Assembly: GCA_000320545.1 (NCBI GenBank)
Contig: ADNK01001278.1
Location: 62,001 to 126,000 of the forward strand
Origin: Bigelowiella natans CCMP2755
Lineage: Eukaryota > Protista > Cercozoa
Direction: 5' to 3'
DNA: 64,000 nucleotides
Below the pieces are notes generated by a model that did no database searches, was not told where the DNA came from, and saw nothing but the letters and a program-made list of their open reading frames with translations. Positions 1-12,806 of this stretch are shown piece by piece; position 1 is the stretch's first letter; every line of letters starts with the position of its first letter. Both the position numbers and the translations under genes were made by a program.

Positions 1-247
1 CGTAGATATTAATACAGCATAGGCACGTGGGTTCCGGCGGGACTCATGGCAGCACACCGGAAGTGTGCTGCCCCACGTGCGGCGGCATTCGCGAAAGCTT
101 CGCGAATGATTACGCAGTGCACGATTTAATAAAAATATAATCTTTAATAAAAATAAACACAACTCTTCAAAAGGAAGCAAACGTGCCTTTCCCCCCCCCT
201 GCCTACTTGTGCACGTAGCGCCTCGGCCTGTGAACACCTTACGCGCA

Positions 248-334
248 ACAACACACGCACACACGCACACACACACACACACACAATGACACACACAATG
301 ACACACACAATGACACACACACACACACACACAC
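248..334. repeat. (CA)n microsatellite with ACACACACAATG units
   Basis: Directly visible CA run with three ...caatg interruptions. Confidence 0.9.
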
Positions 335-339
335 ATGCA

Positions 340-1206
340 CGCACGATTTTCAGCCACGATGAATCACAATCGCCAATTTCACTTTGGAAGCTGCGTTCGC
401 ATCGTGCACCGCGCGCTCTGGCGCTCTCTGGCTCTGCGTGTGCACTACCTGCGTGTTGCGCAATGCCAGAATGGCGCGTTCGTCAACCTTCAAATCAGTT
501 CGACAGTCTTGGTCTTGACTTCGAAATTTGAAACTTGCTAGCCTGGTTGGTGAGTTTGTGCGCGAGATTTCGCAGTCTGGTTGGGTTCTTGACGCGCACT
601 TGCACTCCTGGCCTGCAGGACCAGGTCAGTTCGAAAACGATGCGCAGAAACCAGTGGGCAGCTGAGACCCTGTCCTGGCCCTGTCCCCTCCACCTTTTGT
701 CCCACTTGCAAACCCAATTTCCAGGATTGGACCCGAGTCTCATTCCGTGAGGACGAAGTCAACGTCAATGCGATTCAACAAGTGAACAATGCTGGAATGG
801 ATGCTCGTGAGGCCAGGCTAGCAGGTTCAAAGATGTCCTTTCTGAAATCAGGTTTCTGTTTGCCTGAACGATCTGCAAACTTTCACCTGAATGAATGAAT
901 GAGTGAAGAAATTCAGCAGGAGCGGTTGAAAGGATCATGTGTCACGCTGACTCATCCGTGACCTCCCAATCACTGCACAGAAAAATGTGCGATCGACGAC
1001 ACGTTGTGCTCGCTTTTGCCAGGCCCATGACACAAGCGCGCGACATGCCAACAGCGCGAATTTTAGACCGAAACCCATAGGTTTTTGAAAGGTGTTGTTG
1101 AAGTCGCAATGGTGAAAATGCTTCATTTTCGCCACAAAATCAGCCCAAAATAGCCCATTCATTCGCAGTCTGAAATTTCGAATTTTTGAACTGGGCCACA
1201 GCCCTG
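340..1206. mobile_element. Degenerate TpA-depleted repeat/TE relic
   Basis: Near absence of TA, a shared segment with 44960-45068, and an abrupt end at a CAGGG-type motif (minus strand) at 1206. No recognisable protein. Confidence 0.4.
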
Positions 1207-1289
1207 GGAGGGGACATGGCGTACACTGCCATAGAGTAGGAGGATTTTCGTGCCTGGAACTCGGTCTACTCTCAAAAGACACATCGCTT

Positions 1290-2788
1290 ATGCTCGCAGC
1301 TGATGCACGCAGCATCGACAACAATGCTCCTGGTCTATGGAAGAAGAAGACGAGGAGGAAGGGGAAGATGAGCACAATGATGAAACGAAAGCCAATGAGT
1401 GGCAGCAGCAAAATGGGAACAATATCGTTCATAGGATCAATTGTTATCCTGTAATAATCTAACCCTGTTAATGCTTTCGTATCTCAAGTGTCAGCTAAAG
1501 ACATCAAATTAACCGTCCGTGTGTATTAGCGAAGCTTGGCATGATTGGGTTGCTTGTACTGATCTCTATCCTTTTAATCCCTTTTACTTCCATGTTTATT
1601 CCTCTGCTATCTACGCATGCAGATTTAACAACAACGCAGGGCCTGGTATGCTAGCGCTGCCCGTTGTCTTCCAACAAGCAGGGATTGTTCCCACCCTGAC
1701 TCTCCTCACGGTTTGCCTTGAAAGCAGCATATGTTCATGCATGAATCCAGCGAGAGGCAACTGTATGATTCAGTTTTATATGTTTCTCTTTTGAAGCTGA
1801 CAGCTATATAGTCTTATTTATCGCCCTTTTGGAACATTTTTCACAGATATTCTGCTCCTTATCTGCGCTTTCAGCTACGATGCTCTGTGAGGTCAGAGAG
1901 GCCTGCTTGGCAATTGAGGGAGAAAATTGGAAACAATGATAATCTTCCGTATTTACCCCTCTCTCTATAGAGCACGTGAATGTCCAAGTTTTTCCGCTGA
2001 ACTGCACTTCCCATTAATCACCATATACAGTTATTTCTGACGCTTTCTTCTTCTTCTTCTTCTTCTTCTTCTCCTCTTTTTGCTCTTTCTTCTTTTTAAA
2101 GTCGGTGGATATCTTGCATCGCATTCGAACGCGGTAGACGACGCAGCTCTAGAGAGTTCCCTTTGCTGTTGTTGTTATTGCTGTTGCTGTGGGAGTGAGT
2201 GGTAGCGATAGCAGTAGCAGTAGCAGTAGCAGTAGTAGTAGCAGTAGTAAGTAGTAGGGGTTCGGCGTTGTGTCGCATTAAGGTAGTATGAGAACGAGGG
2301 AATCCTATATCCACGGGACAACCCGCCCCTTATGCCTACGAGTCTGCGGGCCAGCATACGTCTTTGATGTTACCAAGCATTGTAATGAGCTCCCACTTTG
2401 TCTAGATACCCGCATCTTTGTGGGGGCCTCGGGGATCTGCAGCGATACGAATTCAGCAATGTATTTAACAGTAGTTATAGTTATTAGTAGTCTGAATAGA
2501 AGAAGTAGGGAAGATAATTCACCAACAGCAGTAGTCTAGCTTTGAAGGTGATGACTAACAAGTCCCCTTTTGTATATTGACTTCACGTGAATCTTCATCA
2601 GATCGTTCGCTTTTTCTACGGAGATTTTTGGTACTCGATTTGCCAGGTGCGTATGGGGGAAAGATTGAGTGTGTCGCATGCGTATAGCTTTCTTGTTGCG
2701 TGATATGTGGCGGAATCTATAGTCTCTCTCCACCCCCACTCACAATTATTGACAATTCCACGCGTACCATTAATATACATATCAGGAC

Positions 2789-2822
<34 letters not shown>

Positions 2823-3402
2823 CCTTTGATATCAATTCACTATATTGGTCCTTTTCAGGTGGCTTATTACTTGTCGCTACAGTCGATTAACATGGCCAGT
2901 ATCATCGTTTGTGCGCAGGTTGTGTTTTCCTTGTAGTTGTTGTCGTTGTTGTTGTATGTCTTCTCCAAATCCCTATTATTCATCGCACAAAATCCTTAGG
3001 GCATGGACAATGCGATCATCTATGTATTCGGAAGGTGGGCAAAAGAGTACTGTAGGAATAGTGACTAGTAGTAGCAGCAGTAGTAGTAGCAGCAGCAGTA
3101 GTAGTAGTAGTAGTAGAAGGTCAAGAAGTGAATCAATGACGGCAGATTCGCTCTGTATATTGATGATAGTGAAAATCCACTCAGCTCTCTCTCTCTCTCT
3201 CTCCCCCCCCCCCTTATACTACTGCTGCTGCTGTCGCTGTTATTATCATTACTCCTGATGTTAGATCCCATGCGCTTGAGTTTTATCCATCTCTGGGGTT
3301 TGTCGACTCTGACGTGAGCGGAGAATCCGTACGTGAAACGATTCTTGTCGTAGTAGTAAAGTTGTAGTGGTAGAGTGCTAGTGCTAGTGCTAGTGCTAGT
3401 GC

Positions 3403-3435
<33 letters not shown>

Positions 3436-6400
3436 AAGTTATAGTTGTTTAAAAAATATATGTAACACCGGTGAATATGATTATGATGACGATGGTGGTG
3501 ATGTGGTCCTCTTATCGTTGCATATTCGCTGTATGCATGGAGTGGTTTTCATTTGTTTTTAAACGCTGAACTCTCGTCACCTCATCCTCCTCCATTGCGG
3601 ACAGATTTTTGGGTCGGGCGCGTGCGTGCTCTCCCTCGGCTACTTGCTTCTCCTCGGTGAGTGAACGCATGACCCTTCTTGCTCGGGTTTTGTGGCAAGT
3701 AAGCTATGAGCAAAGTTGGAAGAAGAATGGAGGAGCACATGAGGATGCAGATCGCATTAGTATCTGTGGTGTGTGGGCAGGGGGTGCTCTTCCTCCTTCT
3801 CCTTCTCTTCTTCATTCTTTTTCCCAATTTCCAATCTCACCCTCCACTCCCAGCTCTTGCTATGATCTCGCCATCTCATCGTTGGATGTGGTATGACTGT
3901 GGGTTGCTGCATTTGTTTGCAGTTGTGTTCGCACCTCTTGGGTTTATGGGTCTTGGCGATAGCGTGGTGTTCAACTACCTCTCCTTTGCTATCACTGCCG
4001 GCATACTGATCCAGTCAGTGCTCTCGATTATCACAAGATTATTGATAATGACGATGATGATGATGACGATGATGACGATGATGACGATGGTGGTGATGAC
4101 AACAACGATATCCTTTTCTAATATAATTATCACCGTGTTGTTTGCGCGTGCGTCGGCGTAGCTTTCTCCGTCACTTCGTCGAGAGGGGGACGGACACAAG
4201 ATCGACTCCGATATTCGGTCATGACACAAGTCAACTCCTCGGCATCATGGTCAGATACTCCTACTACTAGTTGTTGTTGTGATGGGAGGAGGTGGGGGAG
4301 GTGGTGGTGACGATGATGTCCATGTAAGTCATGCTACTTCTTTATATTGTTTTACGTGCTACTCGTTGAGTCCGTGCTGCTTGATATCATCGTTCTATTG
4401 CATGTTTGGTATGAATTCAGTGTTGCATATTATATTGGGTGTTTTTAGTCTCATTATTTATTGCGAATGCTGCATGAATCAATCAACCAGTTACACCTTT
4501 AATGTCTACATCTCTCCCCCTATTATGCCTCCTTTCTCTCTCTCTCTCTCTTTCTCTTTGCGCATTTTTCATTTGCAGGTCTTTTGTTTCTCCTCTGCAA
4601 CACTCGTACCTTCATGGTACAATGAGAAGGTTTGTGAATTGCCATGAAACGCTGCGCCACAATCGCAGCTACATCGTAGCACATATTTTAACACATATGC
4701 GTGTGTGTATGTGGGTTATATAAAGGGGCCAAGGGTCGACGGCAATCTATCTGTTTGGTACATTATCATAGAGACAAAGACGATTACGACATTATGAGAG
4801 AAAATATACGAGTATTTTGGGTATCGTCACGATATCGTACTACCCATATGCTGACAACATTGTTTATCATAATCCACCAATATGAGTAGACATATCTCAC
4901 CATCATCATCCTACCAACTCTCCCATGATCAGACGGAGATTCAACAATATAACAGTGTTTTGTTATTGTTAGTATTGTTACTATTTACTAATCATCATCT
5001 GTGGCAAGTTTCAAGTCGATTCCCTATCGCATGAACGATGAGAAATACCTTGGATAGTGCCGTAGCAGCAGCATCGAAACTATTTCGCAGCAGTACTTTA
5101 ATATGTTTTTCTGCTCCTCCTCCTCCTCCACCCTCTTCTGCCCTTTGTTATGTTGCTGTTGCTACTGCCAGGTCTGCCACCTGCGCAATGTCGTGGATCT
5201 ATCTTCTCATCGGTAGTAACGATGATGATGATGATGATGATGACGATGAAATTCATGATTCAGGCGTATGATATACTGGGTGCAGATGAATGTTCGCACA
5301 CACACACACACTCACACACACACACACACACACACCGACACTTGGATCCTTCATCATCGTCACTTCTTCTTTGTCGTCGGTACAGAGGAAAGAATAAGAA
5401 TGTAATGCAATACTACCTTCCTGCTAGAACGCTGCCGTGCAAGCTTGTTGGTTATTGGTATCGGCAATAAATGATAGGTGTACTGGGGGCTTGGGCATAT
5501 CCTGAGGTGATATCGGACAACGTGCTCAACGTAATGTCGACTCCAGGCACGGACGTTTTCACCAGAGTAATGGCGAACAATAAGAATAACAACAACAACA
5601 ACAACACCATGATTAATAAATAGGAAGAGACTCCTCAATACACTACCACCACCACCACCACCACTACTACCACCATCATCTCCATGTCTCCGATGAAGCT
5701 ATTAACGTTCATGCTGCTGTGCTTGTTGTCGATGATTCAGTCGTGTGTGCTGGTATTTCTGCTTGGCACGATTGCTCCTGGAATTGCCATGCGATCGATT
5801 ACCTTGAGGCTAAACCTCTCCTCCTCCTCATCATCATCTGCATCTGGGCGCGGCCTTGGCAGCGATGCCGACACAACCAGAGCAACACTGGAGACCAGGA
5901 GGAGGAGGAGGAGGAGGAGAGAGAAGAGGAGAGAGAGATTAGAGGCGGAAAAGGGGCAGATAGTGTTTAGCGACGATGAGGATGAGGAGGAAGAGAGAGG
6001 AGAGACTGAGGAAGAAAAACAACAGTCACAGCAAGAGGAGGTGAGGGATTGATTCGTAATGTATACCTCTTCCTGGAAGTTGCCATGCTGTCTCTCTCTT
6101 ACCTATCGCCTCGCCCCTCCTATCTGGCCTTTTTTCATCGTCATCGTCGCTGTTTATATCATCACCATCATCACCATCACCTTGAATTCGCTTCTAAGGA
6201 AACAATTGCGGCGCTCCATGGGCCTGGGCCATCGTCATCCCTATCTCCTTCTCCCTCCACCACCTCCTCTTCATCCGAATCCAAATCATCGATATGTAGC
6301 ATAAAAAATCTTGCCAGGTAGTATGAGAGGGCGGAGAGAAGGAGGAGAAGGCATTGGTAGAGAATAGTGTGGGTGAAAATTCGAAAATTCCTCTTCTACT

Positions 6401-7885
6401 TCTTCTTCTTACAATCCTGGTCATTTTAGTGAGCCTTGTCTGACGCTGTTTTGTAGGCGAGCGACGTGTGGCAGCGAATGGGCGACATTCTGGGGTGTCA
6501 TCTTCCCGTGGCTGATAAGTTTCTTGTAATATATTGCATCATTGTGACGATGATGAAGAAGAAGATGATGATGCTGATAGAATGACATCAATCGTCATCA
6601 ACGGCAAACACCATGAGAATGGAAATAGAAGAGGATATTGTTTGTTAGTGTTCAGTATTGTTGGCAAGTATCCATCTAATTAAAAAAACGGCTATCTCTT
6701 GCACATTTCTTCCCTCTTCTCTCTCTCTCCTTTCTCTCTCTCCCTCTCTTTCTTTCAATTGCAGATTTTACGAGGCTAAGGGGTTCGCAAATCTAATTAA
6801 TTGGACGTCTCTTACAATCAATGGTAGACTGTTTTATAGGAGGGGTAGGAGAGAGTAGAGGAGGCAGAAGAGGATAAAGAAGAAGAAGAAAAGGAAAAGA
6901 TGAGAAATAGGCAGGTGTGAGGCGGGGAAGGGAGATTGGTTAAGTCAGAAGTACGGACAGAGGAATGAGACGTGCTTAACGTGTAAGCGAGAGATTGTGT
7001 GAAAGATGGGAACAATTACGGCCATGCACCTTACTCGCAACAAATAGTTATATATATATATATATATATATATTGAAATATATACATTTACATATAATGA
7101 AAGAGGCTTGATCAGCATTATCACTCATCCATCACTTCGATGATATTGTTATTCAGGCACGATCTGCTTCCTAGTCCCCGCACTGATATACCTTAAAGCC
7201 ATCAGCGTTGAGCAGACCCTGATGACGGTCGTAGATGAAGGCGACGGGGTACAGAATTTCACGACGGGGGGGAGGAGAGGGAGGAGCATGAAGAGTTTCC
7301 GTGGCAGCGCGCACATCTCACCGTCTTACCCCTTCTCTCGGCGCAACGATGGTGATGATAAGAATAGTACCAATAGACGTCATCACCACTACCACCGTCA
7401 TAATGATCAAGGAAATGTGGAGCATGGCACCTCCCCTCCACTAGTTACTGAAGCTCGTGATGGCCACGTCGGATTCAGCAGCAGCAGCAGCAGCAACAAC
7501 AACTGTGATGACGACGACGAGTGGGAGTGCCATCCTGCTGTCTTTGCCCCACTGCTCGGGCGTACCATCTCGGCCATATCTAGCACAGGCGTCAACGTGG
7601 ATGTTGGGAAATTGCCCGACGACTTGCTGCATGATGTCTTTGCAGGTGGGGGGCAAGACGACGAGGATGATGATGATAATGATGAGGTCGGAGTGATGGA
7701 TGATGAGGCGGAGGAGGAGAAGGATGTGGAAAAGAGCAGGGGGGGTGCCGACGATGGAGATAGGGTAGGACAACAACGCACGAACGCCATGTGTGTATAT
7801 GAACATTGTATGTGTTGTGTGCACATGTATACTCTTCAGCCTTATCTCTCTTGCTCTCTCTCTCTCTTGTTCTCTCCCCTGCTTA

Positions 7886-7933
<48 letters not shown>

Positions 7934-8167
7934 TTTGAAACAATATTCAGGACTTTCATCTACACCCTTATAATGCTTTGTCGTTATTCTTGTCCTCTCC
8001 CCTTAGAAAACGGCCAACAAAAGGCATCGGAAACTCCGAGCTTTTCCATGTGGCTCGGATAGCGTATACGACAACACTCGGGTAGTTCTTACACTGTGTT
8101 ACGCCTTCGCACGAAAAGGCTCCACGCTTACACCCGCATACATGAGCAGAGACAGAGAAATATATAA

Positions 8168-8210
<43 letters not shown>

Positions 8211-8445
8211 TAGAATTTTAATTTATCTTTGCGTATCTTTTCGGACGCATTGAAAGTACGAGATGCGTAAGATTGGAACCACATGAAAATCACTTCGTTA
8301 TAACGCTTCTGATTCTCCTCGATCATTTTGTTTCTATACCTCTCATCATATGTAGAGCCGATGTGCCACGGGAATTGTCGTTCTGGTTAGCATAATGATG
8401 GGCGTGCAGATAGGCCTGGACGCTTTCATGCTGTATTTTGTCTAA
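1290..8445 (+). CDS. Transmembrane amino-acid transporter (Aa_trans/AAAP family), multi-exon
   Basis: Spliced reading GTISFIGSIVIL|FNNNAGPGMLALPVVFQQAG, then RYEFSN|IVRFFYG, LSLQSINMASIIVCAQ, FSSATLVPSWYNEK, FANLINWTSLTING, and a last TM exon RCATGIVVLVSIMMGVQIGLDAFMLYFV* (TAA 8443-8445). GT-AG introns. Start could be 1290 or 1368. Confidence 0.85.
3374..3435. repeat. (GTGCTA)5 followed by (TAG)n, intronic
   Basis: Directly visible. Confidence 0.9.
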
Positions 8446-8449
8446 TCTA

Positions 8450-9480
8450 TTGTGAACCAAACGAGCATGTGGCAGCCATCTGCATTTCACTTATTACCGC
8501 GGAGAAAATGTAGTAGTAATTCGTTAGTGAACGTAACATAGCTATGGCAAGTAAAGCCGCCCCAGCCCTAACAAAACTAGATAGACGGAACACACGTGAC
8601 TGTGATGCGAGTAGACGTCTAGCTAGCTTAGCTAGAGACGTCTGCATGCCGTGCGATGCAGTTGTGTAGCGTGTGCTACGATCGACACGTCGAACTAGAA
8701 GTTAGATGCATGGCAGCACTGCCCGAGCTAGCACGCTTGCGTAGTGCGTCAATCGACGAGCACATATAGCATGCGATGCGCGTGCGCACACATTGTTCAC
8801 AATTCTTGAATGCATTTTGTGCAGGGCAGCACGCAGCAATGAGCTAGCTTCGAGTCATGCGATGCGAAGCATGCTGCAGTGCATGTACCGCATGCAGTCT
8901 AGTAGTAGCAATGGCTGGATAGCTGTGCATAGTGATGCGACTAGCTATGCGATTTAGCGATGCGCGCCTGTGCATCGTGCGTTGCATCGCCATGTTGTGG
9001 CTAGCTGAGCTACGTCGCACATGTACGCTGTGGCTAGCATGCGCCAGCTAGTCAAATGCATTACACATGTCTAGCTAGCTAGCTAGCAGGTGTGCCCACA
9101 TTCTAGCATTGTGATCGACCATTAGACCATTCTAGCATGCTCCTTTTTCATTGCAAATTGCAATGTGCGAGACGGACTAGCGGATGTGAAATGAATTATG
9201 TGTGCAAATATATGTATGCACATCGTTAGAGGCTAACAAACAACGTGATGTGCACGCAACGCCGCGCCGGTGGTGGATACTCCTCCACTACGTACGCGTA
9301 ACCCAGGCAAGCTATCATGACATGTTTATGTCTCCACGACTTGCGCTGTGCACTGTATATACATATGTAAATATCGCATATCGCATATTCGCGTTCGACA
9401 TCGCATCGCTTATGATTATTCTCCGCATGCGTACAAAACAGAAAAAACATGCACAAATTCCTTCTGTCCTAGAGCAACAA
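8450..9480. other. GCTAGC/GCATGC-rich alternating purine-pyrimidine spacer between convergent genes
   Basis: Dense gcatgc, tgca and gctagc words, with a (GCTA)n run near 9070-9087. Confidence 0.7.
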
Positions 9481-9714
9481 ACATGACACAATAGCGTCGT
9501 CCCATTTTTTCATGAGATGGCAGGTTTTACTAGAGGTATAATATTTTTAGATCACCACTGCCGAGAGGGCCTGCCTAATTTTGATTACCTAATCTTGATT
9601 AACTAGAGAAGCCCGTAATTCATAACACCACCCGAAGTTCCGACAATTATTCTAATGAAGTGATGGTAGCCATGTTATACGACGTAGGGCCGCAAGACCT
9701 CACGCAACTAAGAC

Positions 9715-11112
9715 TTACTGCTGAAGCTGTGCGTACCAAAGACCCTGGATCTTGATGTCCTTAGGAACCTTAGCTCCAAGATCGGTATCCGAAGGCTGGA
9801 TAGACTGGAAGACTCCAGCAACTTCACCAGTAGCAGCGTCGTACTTAGCAATAGAAAGCTGAGCCTTTCCAGCGAGTGGCTTGATGGACTTGTTGTTCTC
9901 CTTTCCAAGAGCATCTTCATCTCCAGCACCACCAGCAGGGATAGCAACAGCGGTATCGTATCCAGTAGCAGCACCACGTCCCTTAGGGTCCAAGAAGGTG
10001 GATCCACGGTAGGAAGGCACAGCGAAATCTCCGGAGAAAGAGGAAACATCTCCCTTAGCGTCTAGCTCCTTTACGGTGAAAAGGAAAGGAACACGAGCTC
10101 CCCCAGGAAGCTGCACAGTGGTAGGAGCGTAGTCAATTCCATCCTCTTCCTTGAACTCAATAGCTCCACCGCTGCCGACCTTCATGGATCCGGACATAGC
10201 GTCAAGGGTGTAGGTAAGGCGGGTCATAAGCTTGACGTCGATGAATTCCTTCTTTCCCTTGCCAACATCTTCCTTAACCTGGAAAGAGGTAGGTTCGATG
10301 CAGAACTTGTCGAACTTGTAGGTTCCAGCCTTAAGAGATCCCTTAACATCGGTAGTTCCAGAGTTCAGGATAGGACAGGTGTTAGCCATACCAGATCCCT
10401 TAACATCCCTAATGTTACAGCACCATAGTTACTAAAGCTGGATTGTGTCAATCATTTGTAAGACGTTGTTCAGTTTTATGGGGTCGAATCATAGGGTAGA
10501 ATTATGAAGGGCTGCTTACGTGTAAGAAAGTCCCTGGAATTCATCGAAAGTAAGAGCGTTAGATGCTCCAAGGAATCCAATGGAGGACACACCTTCGCAA
10601 TTGTTTTGGGAATTGTCAAAATTTGTTGAATTGTAGCAATTCATGGTGTAGGAATTGTAGCTAGCACTCAAATAACAACTTGACTCGAGCTCTTACCAGC
10701 AGCAGCGAGGCCAGCAGCGATGTTCTTCATAGCATTTGGCTTCTAGATTATTTGTTAAGAAATATTTTAGTTTCAAGCACAAACCACGTAGACAAAATGA
10801 TCCTACCGATGCGAAGACTCTGGTTTGACGAGGAGCGACCATGCTGAGCTCTGGGGAGCGTAGATGAAAAACAAAGTTAAAAGATTTTTATTTTTATGTG
10901 CGCTAAATTCGAATAGAGGAATCATGCGAATGCTGAAGACGAAACTGAATAATTCCCAACTATCCCCCCATTGCAAGGTCGTCACCTTGTGCGCCAGAGG
11001 ACATGTAGACTGCAGCACCAACAAGGAGGAGGGCCGCATTGATGGCAATGCTAATAGTAGCAGCGTTGCATCGTCTCTTAGGAGCTCCAAAGTTTGCGTA
11101 CTCAGATCGCAT
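9715..11112 (-). CDS. psbO: Photosystem II oxygen-evolving enhancer protein 1 precursor
   Basis: Exons 11112-10986, 10850-10807, 10742-10697, 10592-10520 and 10408-9715 join in frame (984 nt, 327 aa). Mature [65 protein letters not shown]. Confidence 0.98.
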
Positions 11113-12806
11113 TGTTGATGTGTGTGTGTTGGGGTGTGACCGTCAGGGGTTCGTGTTCGCTGCGTTGAAGAGAATTAACCCCCTCTTAAGCAGCAAATCA
11201 GGCAAATCCGAAGAATTAATAACACGAAACCCTTTATATTTCTATCGAATTGATGATGCTATTCTTGATTTTCAACATTTTTATCCTGCGCTCCCCGAGC
11301 GTTTAAGTTCGGCTCTTGACCACAATTGCGATTTATCGTCATTGTCCGGGATTCATATAATCGCACGAAGATGTTCTGTGATTTTGGATTTTCATGGTGT
11401 CCATTATTTAGATTATTATAATGTGGAAATTGAATATGGATAATGGGGAAATATCCGTACCTTCACATTTGATTGATTATTTAATATAAAATTAGACTTT
11501 AATTTATATAATATCCTTTTTTTTGTAACTCAATTATTACTTGTGTTTGTCATGACGCTTAGAAGAAAAAGAACATTTTTCCAAATTCAATTCTTTCGAG
11601 ATTTTGCTTTCTGATGTTTCATGTATGTGATGCCGTACTAAATTATTTGAAGACTTACACTAATGTATATCGTATCTATTAAAATTACCTTCATAAAGCA
11701 TATTTTTTGCCTCAGATTGGAAGGAAATATCTAAAATGCCGATTGGATCCGGAGCATTCTTTCAAGAAGACCACACGCTCTTGTCCAAAAGAGCTGGAAG
11801 CCGAGAAGGTTTTGGAAGTCGCAAACCGCTGGCTTCCACAAAAATCTATGTCAGCCACACTGATTCGAAAATGTTCACAAAGAATTATAGAATTATGGTA
11901 AATCAATGAAATTGAAGTATAAAATATGGATTTTTTATTATAAATATGATATATTTTGGTGTAAAAAAATATTTTGATAATAAAATAAAATCTGAGAAAA
12001 TTCATGTCTCACGAACAAAAACGATGAATGAGGAACGAGAAAGGGCCGGGATTTGAACCGAAAAGACCCAAGTTACCAAAAAATACAATGAGTTACCTCA
12101 TTTCAACCATTTCAAAGGCAAATTCTAGCTGAAAACGCCCTCACTCTCGAGATACTTCTTTTGCTTTTTTTTGGGAGACATATTAATTCTCTACGAAATC
12201 TCGGTGGGACTGCAAGAAGAGAATCTCTTGAGGGTTTCCGTAATAGGCCAAGGATCATGATAGCAAAGTCGGCACGTGAGAGACTGAGAGTCTAATGGTT
12301 GAAAATTGTCGAAGAAACACGAGTGTTTTCACAATATCAAATTTTAGACTCAAGATTATCCGTGATACTTCCCAAACCGCATGCATTTGATCACATTTTT
12401 GAGGTGAGTACTGAACTTATCAAAAGATGGATCAGCATTCGCTTGAAAAGGATTTGTCGATTTACGTTGTCGCAATGTAGAGTTTGGCTGACAAGTGGAG
12501 ACCCTCCTTGCCGACTCGGCTTCCAGTCCTTTCCAGAGAGCATCGTGATGGCCCTCTATCGTTACCGGCTTAGGAGAGGGTAACAGTGGTACAGACTAGG
12601 ATTATCTTGTTCGAGCCTCATTGACGCGAAAAGCTCTGTGCATCCGTTGATTCTACTTATTAGAGGAACCTACTCTGCAAGTGGTCTATACAGAAGTACG
12701 TTGCATAGCTTGAGCAACGAAAGAGGAAAATCGTCTCTAAGCATTAATATAAATGAATCAGCGGGATGATGAAAAGCGTTACAGTTTTTTACATAATCAA
12801 TCGAAT

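Noticed and set aside
242-1063. CpG-methylation decay or fungal RIP as the cause of the TG/CA-rich islands
   Set aside because: CpG is plentiful and TA is lost, whereas RIP would increase TA.
9708-10049. Alternative-frame ORF overlapping psbO
   Set aside because: Shadow of strong codon bias in psbO; no independent features.
12040-12115. B-box-like GGTTCAAATCCC on the minus strand (tRNA or SINE?)
   Set aside because: The T-stem does not pair, and there is no cloverleaf or convincing A-box.
11440-12750. AT-rich stretch with short ORFs between psbO and MATE
   Set aside because: No recognisable protein, terminal repeats or splice-consistent model; left as intergenic.
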